DNA from: Nageia nagi
Lineage: Eukaryota > Plantae > Pinophyta
Assembly (NCBI GenBank): GCA_050084985.1
Contig: JBITNC010000002.1
Span: 40,052,001-40,116,000 of the forward strand
Direction of reading: 5' to 3'
DNA: 64,000 nucleotides
Shown piece by piece: positions 1 through 12,300 of the stretch. The stretch's first letter is position 1. Each line of letters begins with the position of its first letter. Below the pieces are notes generated by a model, which worked only from the letters and a program-made list of their open reading frames with translations, did no database searches and was not told the DNA's origin. A program made the position numbers and the translations under genes.

Positions 1-2891
1 TAGATAAAGATTGATGTTAATGATCAAAATATAATAAATATTGATAACTATGATGCTAAATAATGGTTTATTCTAAATTACATTAAGATAATCAAGAAAA
101 TCATCAAAATAATCTTATGGATAAACAATAATACATACAAACCTAAATAGCAAAGATAATGCTAAATGAAGCTAGATGATGTGATGTGTATGCTCAATCA
201 TGATAAATATGCTAAATAATATGAAACTCTAGGATAAAATAGCCTAATGCATTTTACATGCATACAAATATGCAAATTATACTATGAAGGGATACAAAAG
301 CTCCAAGAATTCTCTAAGAAAGATCCAAATTGTACCTATGACTTACAATCACATGAAAAATAATCATATAAGGCATAACAATATGATAAAATGGATAATT
401 ATACCTCAATACATCATGGGATGGGATGAGATCATAATGTTCAAGTGTTGTGATGGATAGTTACTCAAAAACCCTAATAATGAACTTGAAGATGTTGAAT
501 AATGTGTGTGTTAGAATGTTGAAGTGCTTAGAGAATAATCAAAATGCTATGATAAAAATGAATTTTTTGTCTCAAATAACCTTGAGATAAGCTTTTATAT
601 AACTCTATTTTTATAATTGGTAGGCCAATTGATCGATTTGCAAGATTGATAAGTTGATTACCAATCGATCAGTCAACTGCAATATTGATTATTTTGACCA
701 AATTGACTTGTTTTATTCATGTTTATGATTTATACTCAAATGCTAATAAATGTTGATTTTAGGTAGTTTTGGGGTATCTATTTGCAAGATCACTCCTCCT
801 CAATTGCAATGATGAAGATCACTATGTTACTTAATATATCTTATTATTTTACCAAATATTTATCCTTAGTAGTAGTATCAATTTGACTATTATAACTAAA
901 TTTTTGCATCCCTTAGTTTGACTTTATGTCATGTGCAAAAATTGTAAGGATTCAATAGTTCAAATGAGGATGCTAACCCCCTTAATTTAGGATAGATAAA
1001 TGCTTTAATCTCTATTTAATTGTGTCCTCTTGTGAGATCACTAGATCTTGTAACATAGTGTAGTTTCTCACAAGTGGGAAGGACCATTAATGATTTTAGC
1101 AAAATTATAGTAGAGTGAAATGATGTTAAGCTTTCAGAAAGATCAATGTCTATCAATTGGGTAAGGAATAACAAACCTTAAATATTTAATAGATCATGCA
1201 AACCATAAAAAAACCAAAAATAACTTTATGTATTCTTACATATAGAAATAATCTCAAATCAAGAACCTATTAATAGTTAGGAATTACTTTCAAGCTCTAG
1301 AAAATAATCTTAGGATAAAAAAGGTAAAAAATATATCAAAATACTATTGTATTCAAATAAAAATTAGTTGATTTACAATTGCCTATAACATAATGATATA
1401 GCTCTACAAAATAATATCAAGGTAAGAAATTACCTTGGACATCAACTTATTTTAATCTTCCATGATGAAAAGAAACAATCTTAACTTTATGAGGAATGGG
1501 ATACAAAAATATCTTAGTTAATGAAATAGATGAAAAATGTAAAAATAAAGGGAAAAGCAACATAAAAATAGTCTAAACCTCTTGGAAAGAGTACCTATCC
1601 TATTTATCAAGGGTTCATCAAATCCTTATTCCTTTGTTATCTTTATCTTATATAATCATCATGGGTTATTGGTAATTAATTATTTAACTATTCAAAATTT
1701 ATGGCCATTGTAGAGATGATGGAATGTAAAGCATAATTATATTACTTACCATAAAAGGAGTAATAAAATTTTATATGTTGCTACAACAACCATGCCCATT
1801 TAAGGTAAGGAGATCCCAGTGCTCTTTTTTTTTATGAGTGTAAAATCAACCTAATAGCCCACATTTTTTAGATATGAAGTTAAGGTCCTGAGATTCAATC
1901 TCACTATTTTATTTATGGGTGAACATGTTGCTTCTAATTTTATCATGTAGTTGCATGCCCTATCTTTGATCTACCATTACATCATGATCAGTTTGATCTA
2001 TACCATCCCTTCATATGGATCCTCACTTAGTTAAACTAATGTGATTGAGATACTTTGTCAATCATCATGGTTAATGAACATAAGGGTTGATGATTTGAAA
2101 GCCAATGATCACTAATTTTTTAATAATATTTCTTATTAAGGTGATATTTCATCTAGTTTGATCATTAGAAGGATGTCACCAATCTATATTTGATTTACTA
2201 TGACGAGATCACCACATAAAGCTTTTGGTCACCATTACTAAGTTATGCACAGATGAATTTTAAATAAACATAGTATGAGGTTACCATTTTTCCATTATTA
2301 ATCTACCATAACCAAGATTTTTTCAATATCAAAACTTAGTCCCTTATGAGTTGTCAAGTTTCCCATTTCTATATCTTTAAAATGTCTATTAAATGTTTAA
2401 TGAATCAATAACCCAAAATACTATTGAAGGGTCATTTTTCATTAGGCATTAACTCTTTATACTTGTTATCAACATCCTACTTATGGTTTGCTACTACTTT
2501 ATTGTTATATCTTACATGATTAATATATCATCATGAATTCCTTACCCTTTTTGAAAAAAAATGTATTTGATATACTGAAATACAAGATGAATACAATATT
2601 TATTTTAAATATTAAAACCTTATATGCAAATACAAGCAAGTCAATTATAACCAAATGATATCATACTTAATAAGTTATGAGGAAAGCTAATGGTTATGCA
2701 AATACCATTGTATATAGATATATGGCATTTTTTTAAAGTATTTACAAGGTTGAAATATAAACAGAGAGCGTTAGACTCCATTTTGGGTAGTCAAAATCAT
2801 GTTTAAGTTAGCCTTTATTGCATAGTAGGGGATTACACATAGGGTGGGGAGTTACTCTATGGATTCCTTAACCACTTCTGGGGTTAAGATG

Positions 2892-3240
2892 CACTACTAC
2901 ATTTAAGCAATTTTGCATCACACCATGTGTAAAGGCACAATATTATTTTTAAAAAAATGCATAAACCATGATGCATCAATTGATGCTAAGGGTACTGTTA
3001 AACAAAGGGTCATTTATTGTGTCAATTATAACATCATGCATTGTGTCATATATCTAATTATGAGCATAAAATAATTAAAATTATACATGATGTATAAAGC
3101 ATCATGTATAGCATTAAATTACAAGAATGTGTCGAAATTATAGGAATGAGGGTTTGCATCATGCATCTTGTCAAACAATTCATTTATCTTCTCTACACTT
3201 TCATATTTTACATATATGTATAACAGGGTACTCACAACTA
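2892..3240. mobile_element. Probable CACTA (En/Spm) transposon terminus, one end only
   Basis: CACTACTACA starts at 2892, right where similarity to the element A LTR stops. No matching opposite TIR seen; the right boundary is approximate. Confidence 0.4.
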
Positions 3241-3415
3241 TAACATTTGATACAATTTTTATTTTAATGAGTATTTAATGTATGTATAAACCCTTTTGCA
3301 AATATCTTAGTTTGGTGCATGCTTTGAGGATGCTGGGAAAGGTGAATTCATTTAGTTGGACTAGTGCTGGTGTTTATTGCATTTGATGAAATAGTTTCAA
3401 TGCCTGTTGAGAAAA

Positions 3416-3500
3416 GTCATATCTTTGGCACCATCATTTAGGAAATCTTAACCACAAAAGTATTCAAGTCATGAAATACCAAGAAATTGTGGAAGGTTTG
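3416..3500 (+). pseudogene. Copia GAG-pre-integrase fragment related to element C
   Basis: Translates YLWHHHLGNLNHKSIQVMKYQEIVEGL; nucleotide match to 18222-18300 in element C. Confidence 0.75.
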
Positions 3501-5002
3501 AATAAATTAACCCTTTTTGAATTAACTTTTAATCTTCCAAGATCTTAAGAAGGCACTTTCAATATCAACATAATAGCACAATAACTAAAACCAATCACAT
3601 AAATAACATAAGATATAAAGTGGTTTCTCCCTCCTTGGGAGTACGTCCACTAACTAAGATCTTATTCTCAAGGACCTTTCTTACAAAATCTATTCTCTCT
3701 CTCACACTCTAAACCTATAGCAAAGCTTGCATTTCAATTATGTAACTAGAGAAGGGGAGGATTCTTCTCTTTTTATAAAAAGAAACCCACTCTATAATTA
3801 ATCCATTTTCTATTTTTAATCCTTTACCTATTTTTAATTATTCTCTTATTTTTATTCCCTTAATACTTTAAGGTATCTAATAATACTTTAAGTATTAAGT
3901 GAATTTACATTAAGGAGAAATATTACACAATATTACATTACAAATTCTAACAATCCCTCTTAATGTAATATTGGGATAGAACGTAGAGAGAAGAATAAAG
4001 ATAGAGCAAGAGAGAGTTCTTCTCCAAAGAGATACAAATAGAGATGAGAACTTTTATATCATTGAAAAATAAGTAAGATCTTAGTTTCAGACTCGTTACA
4101 ATACCATTTAACAAAATGGTTTACAATACAATCATTAACCATAATTGATTTCATTGTAAGTGTAGTTTATCAACACTGAGTTGACATATGAGCCTCCATG
4201 AGCCTGCCCACATGAAGTAACCTACCCTTAGGCACCTTGAGCCCTTGGGTTGCATGTGCACTTTGGCTGCATGATGCCTTTTTTTTAATACTTTAAAAAA
4301 GATTTAAAAAAAATTTATACATAGAAAAATTTTTTTAAATAAATAGATTTAAAAATAAAAAAACTAAAAAAATGTATTTTTTTTAAATTAAAAAAAAATA
4401 GATTTTTTTACTAAAACTCTAAAAAAATACAATTTTGTTCAAACTGTAAAAAAAAATAGTATATATATAATATATTTTTAAAGGATATATACATGTATGT
4501 AAACTATACTAAGTAGAATTTTTGCAAATTTAAATATAATAACATTATAGTTAAATTTAAACAAAAATTGCATATTATTGCTATACATTAGGCAATTTAC
4601 TTAAAAATTTGCAACTTAACAACATAGTGCATAGCAATAAACTAATGTATTAGTATAGTAATATATTATCTACTTTAATCAAATTTTGTTAGCTTTAACC
4701 TCATCATCATGCAATCAAAGGTTAGTAATAAAATCAAACTTTGACAAAGAAGAGATAGAAGATTATACCTTCAAACCCTTTTACCTCAACAAAGTAGATG
4801 GAGAAATAGGAGGAATGTGAAGGAGAAACTCCAAAAGCCAAATATTGTATTAACTTGGTCTCATATAAATACATTCATACTCACACACCTAAAACTATTA
4901 ATGATCACTAATTACCTTAATCCCTAAGGATTAGGTTTCCAACATTCCCTCCTTTAATCCGCAAGGGATTAAGAATACAAAGATGCCTTTAGGTGTGTAG
5001 CC

Positions 5003-5127
5003 TTTTCTGGAGCCTTTTCTGGAGCTCGACTCTGGAGCTCGTTTCTGGAGCTCGTCTCTGGAGCTCGTTTCTGGAGCTCATTTCTGGAGCTCGTCACTTT
5101 CTGGAGCTCGTTTCTGGAGCTCATCTG
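5003..5127. repeat. Tandem array of ~13-bp TTTCTGGAGCTCG units (9 copies) in element D
   Basis: Nine CTGGAGC cores, period mostly 12-13 bp. Confidence 0.9.
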
Positions 5128-5650
5128 ACGTTCGTCTGGAGATAGTCTGTCTGGTCTTTGTACCATGTAACGCTCCACATCTCCCAACTTGTCTGGCACA
5201 CGTCAGGGGTTCGTCAGGCGTTCGTCAGTTACGCTGAACCCAACAGTAGCGTTACGGTGTCAGGACGGTTCCCAACTACCATGTCTGGCGCTCTGTTCTG
5301 GACCGGACCCCACTGTCATCCCCACCGTTATCCTCCTCAAACAGCGACAAGGGCTTCATTGATCCCACGTGGCATTCTTCCTCGGCCTCAAGCTGTCAAT
5401 TTCCAATTCTGTCATGTAAAAGCAATCTTAGTATTCTACAAATCCAGAAAGATTGTGTATCCACGCGGTCATCACGGTCATTAAAGTTCCAGCTTCTGCC
5501 CATTTCCTCTCTTCGATCGCTGCAGTTTCCAGCCAATCGCCCGCTCAAATTCGCAAGCACAGAGCCGCCGTCGGTTGAAATCTTCTCCACCATCCATGGA
5601 AGCCAGGGCATGAGCACAAAGCATATTACTCCTACAGGAGGCTTTTTCCA

Positions 5651-6139
5651 ATGGGAGCATTAGCGAGGATTTCGTACTCCTTCGTAATATTTCTCTTCAT
5701 AAGCGGAGTTTCAGCCACAGACTTCGACTCTTTACAGGCCGCGTTCGAGACTGTCTATGGATTCGAAATCTTGCAACTCTGCGGCGACTGCGACACCATC
5801 TGATCTATCAATCTCACGTCGCGTAATCTATCCGGAACTCTCAACTGGAAAAGGCTCGCGGAGCTCGACCATCTCCATATCCTCGACCTCTCCAACAACT
5901 CCCTTGCAGGCCACATTCAAGAAATCCTATGGACAATGCCAAACCTCCGTATCCTCAACCTTGCCTCAAACCAGTTCGGCGGAGTTCTTAACTTCGACTG
6001 GAGCTGCTTAGACCGATCGAATATCTCTAATCTGGAATACATCAATCTCTCCTCCAATCGCCTCCACGCATCGGACAGCCCGCTCGATCTCTCCGGCTTC
6101 ACCAATCTCAGAACCGTCGATCTTTCTCACAACAAACTC
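5651..6139 (+). pseudogene. Captured 5' fragment of an LRR receptor-like kinase (CaMRLK/At5g45800-like): signal peptide plus about 4 LRRs
   Basis: From ATG 5651: MGALARISYSFVIFLFISGVSA (signal peptide) TDFDSLQAAFETVYGF...CDTI*SINLTSRNLSGTLNWKRLAELDHLHILDLSNNSLAG...WTMPNLRILNLASNQFGG...INLSSNRL...SGFTNLRTVDLSHNKL. One in-frame TGA at 5801-5803; in frame with ORF 5936..6541. LRR pattern ends at ~6139. Family assignment is from remembered similarity. Confidence 0.85.
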
Positions 6140-8021
6140 GCCGACAACAAGGTGCTTGCGCAGCTCCTTACCCTTGCGAGCTCCAAGCACCACGCACTAC
6201 GCACCACAGTTTTTCAACACGTGACTCTGCACACGAACAGCACGCCCGTGATTCCTCCACGCGACTCTGTCCATGAAACGCGAGCTATAGACCACGAACA
6301 GCATGCCACCTCCGCTTCACGTGATCTCCTTCACTGCGTAGGTCACCTCCTTCACGCACACGAAACCTCCTCGCGATGGCTTTCTCTTCCGTGCGAGTTT
6401 CCAAACCACGCAAGCTCTTCTGACCAGCCTCGTGCCTATCCTCAGACTGTCGTGCGCCATCCTGGCGCATTCCTGACTGCTGCGGGTACTCCTTCCCTGG
6501 CCCAGCCGTCACGGTTTGCACCCTGTTCGACTCCCTCCTAGCCGGTGGCCTCCTGAAGTCGTTCTCCGCCCAGGGCTGCATTCTTAGCTTTCAGCTGTGC
6601 GATGCCTCCATGTGGGGAGGTGCAGTCCAAGACACACCCCTTTCTCCACACAGGCTCTTCTCATGATCCATGCAAGGAGATGCACTCCAACATCCCTTTC
6701 TCTGCATGATCTTCTCTCATGGCTCCTCTGGCCATCATTCATAACTCTAGGGCAGTCCTCTGCCTCTCTTCAACAGATTCAAATCCCCATAACAGATTCA
6801 AATCTTCATAGCCACAGCTGAAACTATGAACCCACAAAAAACCTTCAAACCCTCATCTATGGAGGGTGGGCAATGGAGTTCTCCGGATCTTCTCCAACAA
6901 GGCTCTGATACCACTTGAAGGAGAAACTCCAAAAGCCAAATATTGTATTAACTTGGTCTCATATAAATACATTCATACTCACACACCTAAAACTATTAAT
7001 GATCACTAATTACCTTAATCCCTAAGGATTAGGTTTCCAACAGAATGGACCTTCAAGGATGTTGAAGCAAAGCCTCCAAGAATAGCTCTAATACCACTTG
7101 AAGAAGTTAACCCTTTCTTAATTAACTTTTAATCTTCCAAGATCTTAAGAAGGCACTTTCAACATCAACACAATAGCATAATAACTAAAGCCAATCACAT
7201 AAATAACATAAGATATAAAGTGATTTCTCCCTCCTTGAGAGTACGTCCACTAATTAAGATCTTCTTATTCTCAAAGACATCTCTTACAAAATCTATTCTC
7301 TCTCTCTCAATCTAAACCTATAGCAAAGATTGTATTACAATTGTGTAACTAGAGAAGGGGAGGGTTCTTCTCTTTTTATAAGAAGAAACCCACTCTATAA
7401 TTAATCTCTTTTTTATTTTTAATCTTTTACCTATTTTTAAACTTATACCCATTTTTAATCTTTCTCCCATTTTTATTCTCTTAATACTTTAAAGTATCTA
7501 TGATACTTTAAGTATTAAGTGAATTTACATTAAAGAGAAATATTACATTACAAATTCTAACAGGTAGCCCTCCTATAAATAGAGGTATTTGGATTGAGGT
7601 CTATGTATGTAGTTTTGAGCATTATTGTAGTGTTGATTTGATATATTCATGTTTGAGAGTTTTGAGAGAGGTTTGTAGAGAGGTTTTATTGTACTCTAAA
7701 GTGAAGGTTGTAGCAAGGTTATATTATTGATTTTTTTTCTATGAGCACTTGGAAGATTAGATAATGCAAAGGGTTGAAAGATTCTCCTTAGATGTAGCCC
7801 ACCTTGGATAAACCACATTAATCTCTTGTCTCAACTTTTGTATGTGATTGCTTATTAATTTGCTTCAATATACTTGTTGTTCCTTTTGTCATGCAGTAGG
7901 AATATTACTTGATCAATTATATAAAATTATTATTTGAACCTAATAAGTGGTATCAAAGCTTGTTATTTTGTTGGGTCTTGCTTGGCGAATCTTGTTTGTA
8001 GATTTGGACCAAGAGGAGCAT

Positions 8022-8137
8022 ATGGCAGAAGAAGGAAGGATGAAGGTGGAAAGATTTAATGGAAAATATTTTATTTTAGGATAATACAAATGGAATACTA
8101 CCTTTACCAAAAATACATCTACCAACCTCTTGAATAT
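8022..8137 (+). pseudogene. Element A gag N-terminus, interrupted by element C
   Basis: MAEEGRMKVERFNG...(frameshift) QMEYYLYQK.IYQPL is a typical Tork-like gag start. Confidence 0.8.
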
Positions 8138-9384
8138 TGTTGGAATGTATAATGCATTATTGTAAAGGTTTGTATTAAATCTTCTATGTAAGTTCACTAA
8201 TACTTAAGGGTATCATATGATACCTTAAGTATTTAAGTGAATATGATAATGTAACTTCTCCTACACTCCATGTCATGAGCATACCCCTTAGGTAAAAGGA
8301 TGTGCATGTCATGCTTTTGGGTGATCCAAAGAGGGATTTTGGCCTATAAATAGAAGGCTCCCTCTTTGTGATTATACACCAATTTGTGAAGTAAAGTTAT
8401 GCTATAGGATAGTGGTTAGGAGAAAAGAGTAGGAGGATTGTAAGAGTTCATATTTGTTAAGAAAAGAGATCTAGTTAGTGGATATACTCCTAGTTGGAGG
8501 AACCACTTACATCTTATGTTGTGAGATTGCTTTATGAGTTTTTTAGATGTAATTGTGAGCTTTCATGTGATCTTGGTTGATTAAGAATTATCCTATTAGT
8601 GTTAGTTCTTTTAAATTGGTATCAAAGCACCTTGAAGGTTCCTCTTTACATCCTTGGTGTTGAGGCTCTTCATCTTCAACTTGGAGGTCTTCATTCTTTA
8701 TATTTTACAGCATTGTGAGGTAAAAGTTGTTCAAGGTATAATCTTACTTCACTTTATCTTGTATTACTAACATATTTTGTGTTATGTTAATCCTTATTTA
8801 TGATAAAATTGCTCAAAATAATTTTTGTTGCATTTTTTATATATACTAACATGTTTTATTGTTAGTTGCAATTCCTAAAATTGCTTATTATAGTGTTATA
8901 ATTTTGCATACACTTAAATTTTATGAAGGTCTTAATATATCAAAGTTTGAGTAAAAAAATTTATTTTTTTTCCTTCAAATTTACATGCAAAATTTCAATT
9001 AAAAAGGAGTTTATCTATTACTTATCTATTAAAAAGAAAACAAAGGAGAAAAATTAGTATACAACAGTGCAATTTGTTTCAAAAATTTTACGAACTCAAA
9101 ATAAAAAGGGAGAGATTATTCTTTGAAATGCCTTTTTTTTTGGGTAAGGTTATTTGGAATTTATTGTACATTTGTTTTTGCAATACATTAAAAGGGGGAG
9201 ATTTATACTATTGAAACTAAAGTTTGTTTGAATGAAAAAGTAGTTTAACGAGCTGCTTCTGTTTGAATAGATGGTTCCAAACTATATCCTCTCAACCACA
9301 CCATAGCCAAATGGTGTGTAATGTCTCCTCAACCTTTTTTTATAATGAATTTACTAGCTGTACCATGGCCAAATGGTGTGTGAT

Positions 9385-12300
9385 TGAAGAATTTTGACCA
9401 TTACAGACTATTGGAACATCAAAAAATAGATTGCATTACTATGGAGCAAGATTACAATCCTAGAGCTTCAAAAAACATTTCTAGAGCTTGTCTGGAGCTA
9501 GTCTGGAGCTCGTCTGGAGCTCATCTGGAGTTCATCTGGAGCACATCTGGAGTTCGTTTGGAGCACATTCGAAGTTTGTAAAAAGTCCCTTTTCTCCTCT
9601 ACTACTCTATCTAAGTTGGTTTGCAATTAAAGTATTTACAGCTCTCATCCATTACACATACAAATGTTACGTTGCAAGTCTGTTCCCAACTACTTCATTA
9701 GATTAAACAATTTTAGCATATTCTTGCTGTAGCCACCAACTGCATAGCCTCTAATCATAGCAGCCCGTTAAACTGTGTAATAAGAAAAGAAAACACCTCA
9801 GCCAAGACAAGTGGAGTGAAATGAATTTGATGCTGAGTTGTCTACATTCTCCCCCTTGATGCAAAGAGGACTCACCATGGAGTCTCTGAGCATCACATAC
9901 TGAGCTTTGACAACACCTTTTGTGAAAATATTAGTCAAGTTGATCTTGGTGTTGCAATAGTGAAGCTCAATTTGGTCCTTCTCCACCATGTCACGAATGA
10001 AGTGGTACTTGAGTTGGAAGTGCTTTGACCTACTGTGGTGGATGGGATTATGTGCCAACTGAATGGCACTTTGGTTGTCACAGTAAAGAATTGTTGGTCC
10101 ATGTTGTTTCTCACTAATTTCATCAAGTAGTTTTCTTAGCCATAAGGCTTGTGCACTAGCTACGGTGAGGGCTATATACTCAGCCTCACAAGAAGAGAGA
10201 GCAACTGTAGATTGCTTCTTAGAACTCCATGTTATCATTCCTGAACCAAGTGAGAAACATTGCCCAGAAGTGGACTTCCTATCATCCAAATTGCTGCCCC
10301 AATCACTGTCACTAAAACCACAAGCTTAAACTTTTCAACATGAGAGTAGTGAAGACCATAACCAATGGTACCTTTGACATACCTCAAAATGCATTTTACA
10401 GCCTTCAAATGCAAAATAGAAGGATCATTCATGTATCTAGATACCAAAGAGATAGCAAATTGTATATCAGGCCTAGTGTTGCAAAGGAACATAAGGCTAC
10501 CAACTATGCTTCTAAATTCTGTCACACTTGCTTTTGGAGCACCATCATCCTTACAAAGCAACTCACCATGAGCTATGGGATTGTGAATAGCAGTACAGTT
10601 CATCATACCATACTTAGAAAGCATGTCCCTTGCATATTTACTTTGACAAACAAAAATCTCTTCTTGACATTGGTGGACCTCCATGCCAAGAAAGTACCTC
10701 ATAAGGCCCAAATCCTTCATTTCAAACTCATTCATCAAATCAGTCTTAAATTTGTTGTTCAAGATGGGATCACTTCCCATATATATCAAATCATCAACAT
10801 AAAGAGAAATAAGCAAAATCTGATTACCTTCTCTCTTGATGTAGAGTGTTGGCTCATTCTTGCTCCTCATGAGTCCAAAATTCTGAAAGTATCCATCTAT
10901 GCGAGTGTACCAAGCTCTTAGAGCTTGCTTAAGACCATACAAGGCCTTCTTGAGCTTGTACACATGATGTTCTTTACCTTGCACTTGAAAACCTTGAGGT
11001 TGCTGTATAAAAACCTCTTCATCCAAGTAACCATTCAAGAATGCACTCTTCACATCCATGTGCTAGACTCTCCAATGGTTTTGGACAGCCATTGAAAGGA
11101 GTAACCTTACTGTTTCTTGCCTTGCAACTGGTGCAAAAGTCTCTTCAAAGTCTACACCATGTTTTTGTGTGAAGCCTTTAGCAACCAATCTTGCTTTGTG
11201 TCTCTCTATGGTACCATCACTGTTGTACTTGGTCTTGTAGACCCACTTGGAGCCCACACACCTCTTTCCTTTGGGCAACTCATAAAGTTCCCAAGTGTCC
11301 TTTTTGTTTATGGAGTGAAGCTCCTCTTGCATAGCCTTCACCCACACATTTTTGGTGCAAGCTTCCTCATAACAAGATGGATCAAAAATAGAAATATTAG
11401 TATTTTGGGCTGCACACAAAGCATAGTTCACCATCTCACCCTTTGGATCCTCATCAAGTTCCATATTGCTAAATTGCTTAACAAACTTCTCCATTTCATG
11501 AAGTTGACTTCTTGATAATCTTTTATGGAAATTTTGATCTAAAACTTGAGAAGGAGGATGGTTTTGAAAGTGTCTTTTACCTCTCTTGGTCTTCATCACT
11601 TCTTGGATCACATTTGGAGAGCCACCACTTGAAGGTGAGCTTGGAGTGGATTTTGAGCTTTGAGATGGACTTGATGGAGGACTTGGAGGCACCACTTGAA
11701 GGTTTGGAAGAGAATTTGATCTCTTGGGTTGCACATTCTTTGCTTGTGAAGTATCTTCATGGCTGGTCACTCCTCCTCCAATGTCTACAATGCATTTTTG
11801 CTGCTGTCCATACACTTTCCCCTCCTCAAAAATGACATCCCGAGAGATAAGTATTTTCTTGGTTTTGGGGTTGTAAAGCCTATATGCTTTACTCTCATCA
11901 CTATATCCAATGAACACACATGGTTCACTCTTTGCATCCAACTTTTTTCTATGCTCCTTTGGCACATGAGCATATGCCAAACACCCAAAAACTCTGAAAT
12001 GCTAGACAGTAGGCTTCTTATCATACCAAGCCTCATAGGGGGTCTTGCCATCAATGGCACTAGTGGAACACCTATTCAAGATGTAGTTGGCTGTCTTTAC
12101 CGCTTCCACCCAATACATGTAATGCAATTTTTTGGATTGCATCAAACATCTTGCCATCTCCATGAGAGTTCTATTCTTCCTCTCTACCACACCATTTTGT
12201 TGAGGAGTATAGGCTGTAGTAAACTATCTTTTGATGCCATTTTGCTTGAAAAACTTAGAAAAATTAGTAGAAGAATACTCTCCTCCTCTATCACTCCTCA

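Larger units (their letters stand above)
4818..7042 (-). mobile_element. Element D: young non-autonomous TRIM-like copia derivative (127-bp LTRs) carrying a host gene fragment
   Basis: LTRs 4818-4944 and 6916-7042 are identical by manual comparison. TSD GAATG at 4813-4817 and 7043-7047. Perfect Met PBS (revcomp tggtatcagagc, 6902-6913); PPT revcomp aaaggagggaa at 4945-4955. No gag/pol ORF. Confidence 0.95.
3499..7562 (-). mobile_element. Element B: non-autonomous copia LTR element (no coding region), related to element C
   Basis: Direct-repeat LTRs 3499-3952 and 7099-7562 (TG...CA). Minus-strand PBS (tggtattagagc) at ~7085-7096 and PPT at 3953-3963. The ~0.9 kb internal region (excluding D) resembles C's 5' leader and 3' UTR. 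No clear TSD. Confidence 0.85.

Noticed and set aside
1-2750. LTR-like AT-rich sequence and a possible SINE-like stretch near 1880-1930
   Set aside because: No second copy, termini, PBS or protein motif in the window to support a specific call.
4969-5199. Repetitive ORF (SSRNELQ repeats)
   Set aside because: A by-product of translating the 13-bp tandem array.
6460-6536. B-box-like GTTCGACTCC in element D (Cassandra-like Pol III promoter?)
   Set aside because: No A box at a suitable distance and no tRNA or 5S structure.
5936-6541. 201-aa ORF as an intact LRR gene
   Set aside because: Only the first ~68 aa are LRR. The rest is read-through into element sequence, and the true N-terminus is cut off by the TGA at 5801.
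9384-9706. ORFs duplicated at 14150-14461
   Set aside because: They are antisense translations of the two LTRs of element E.
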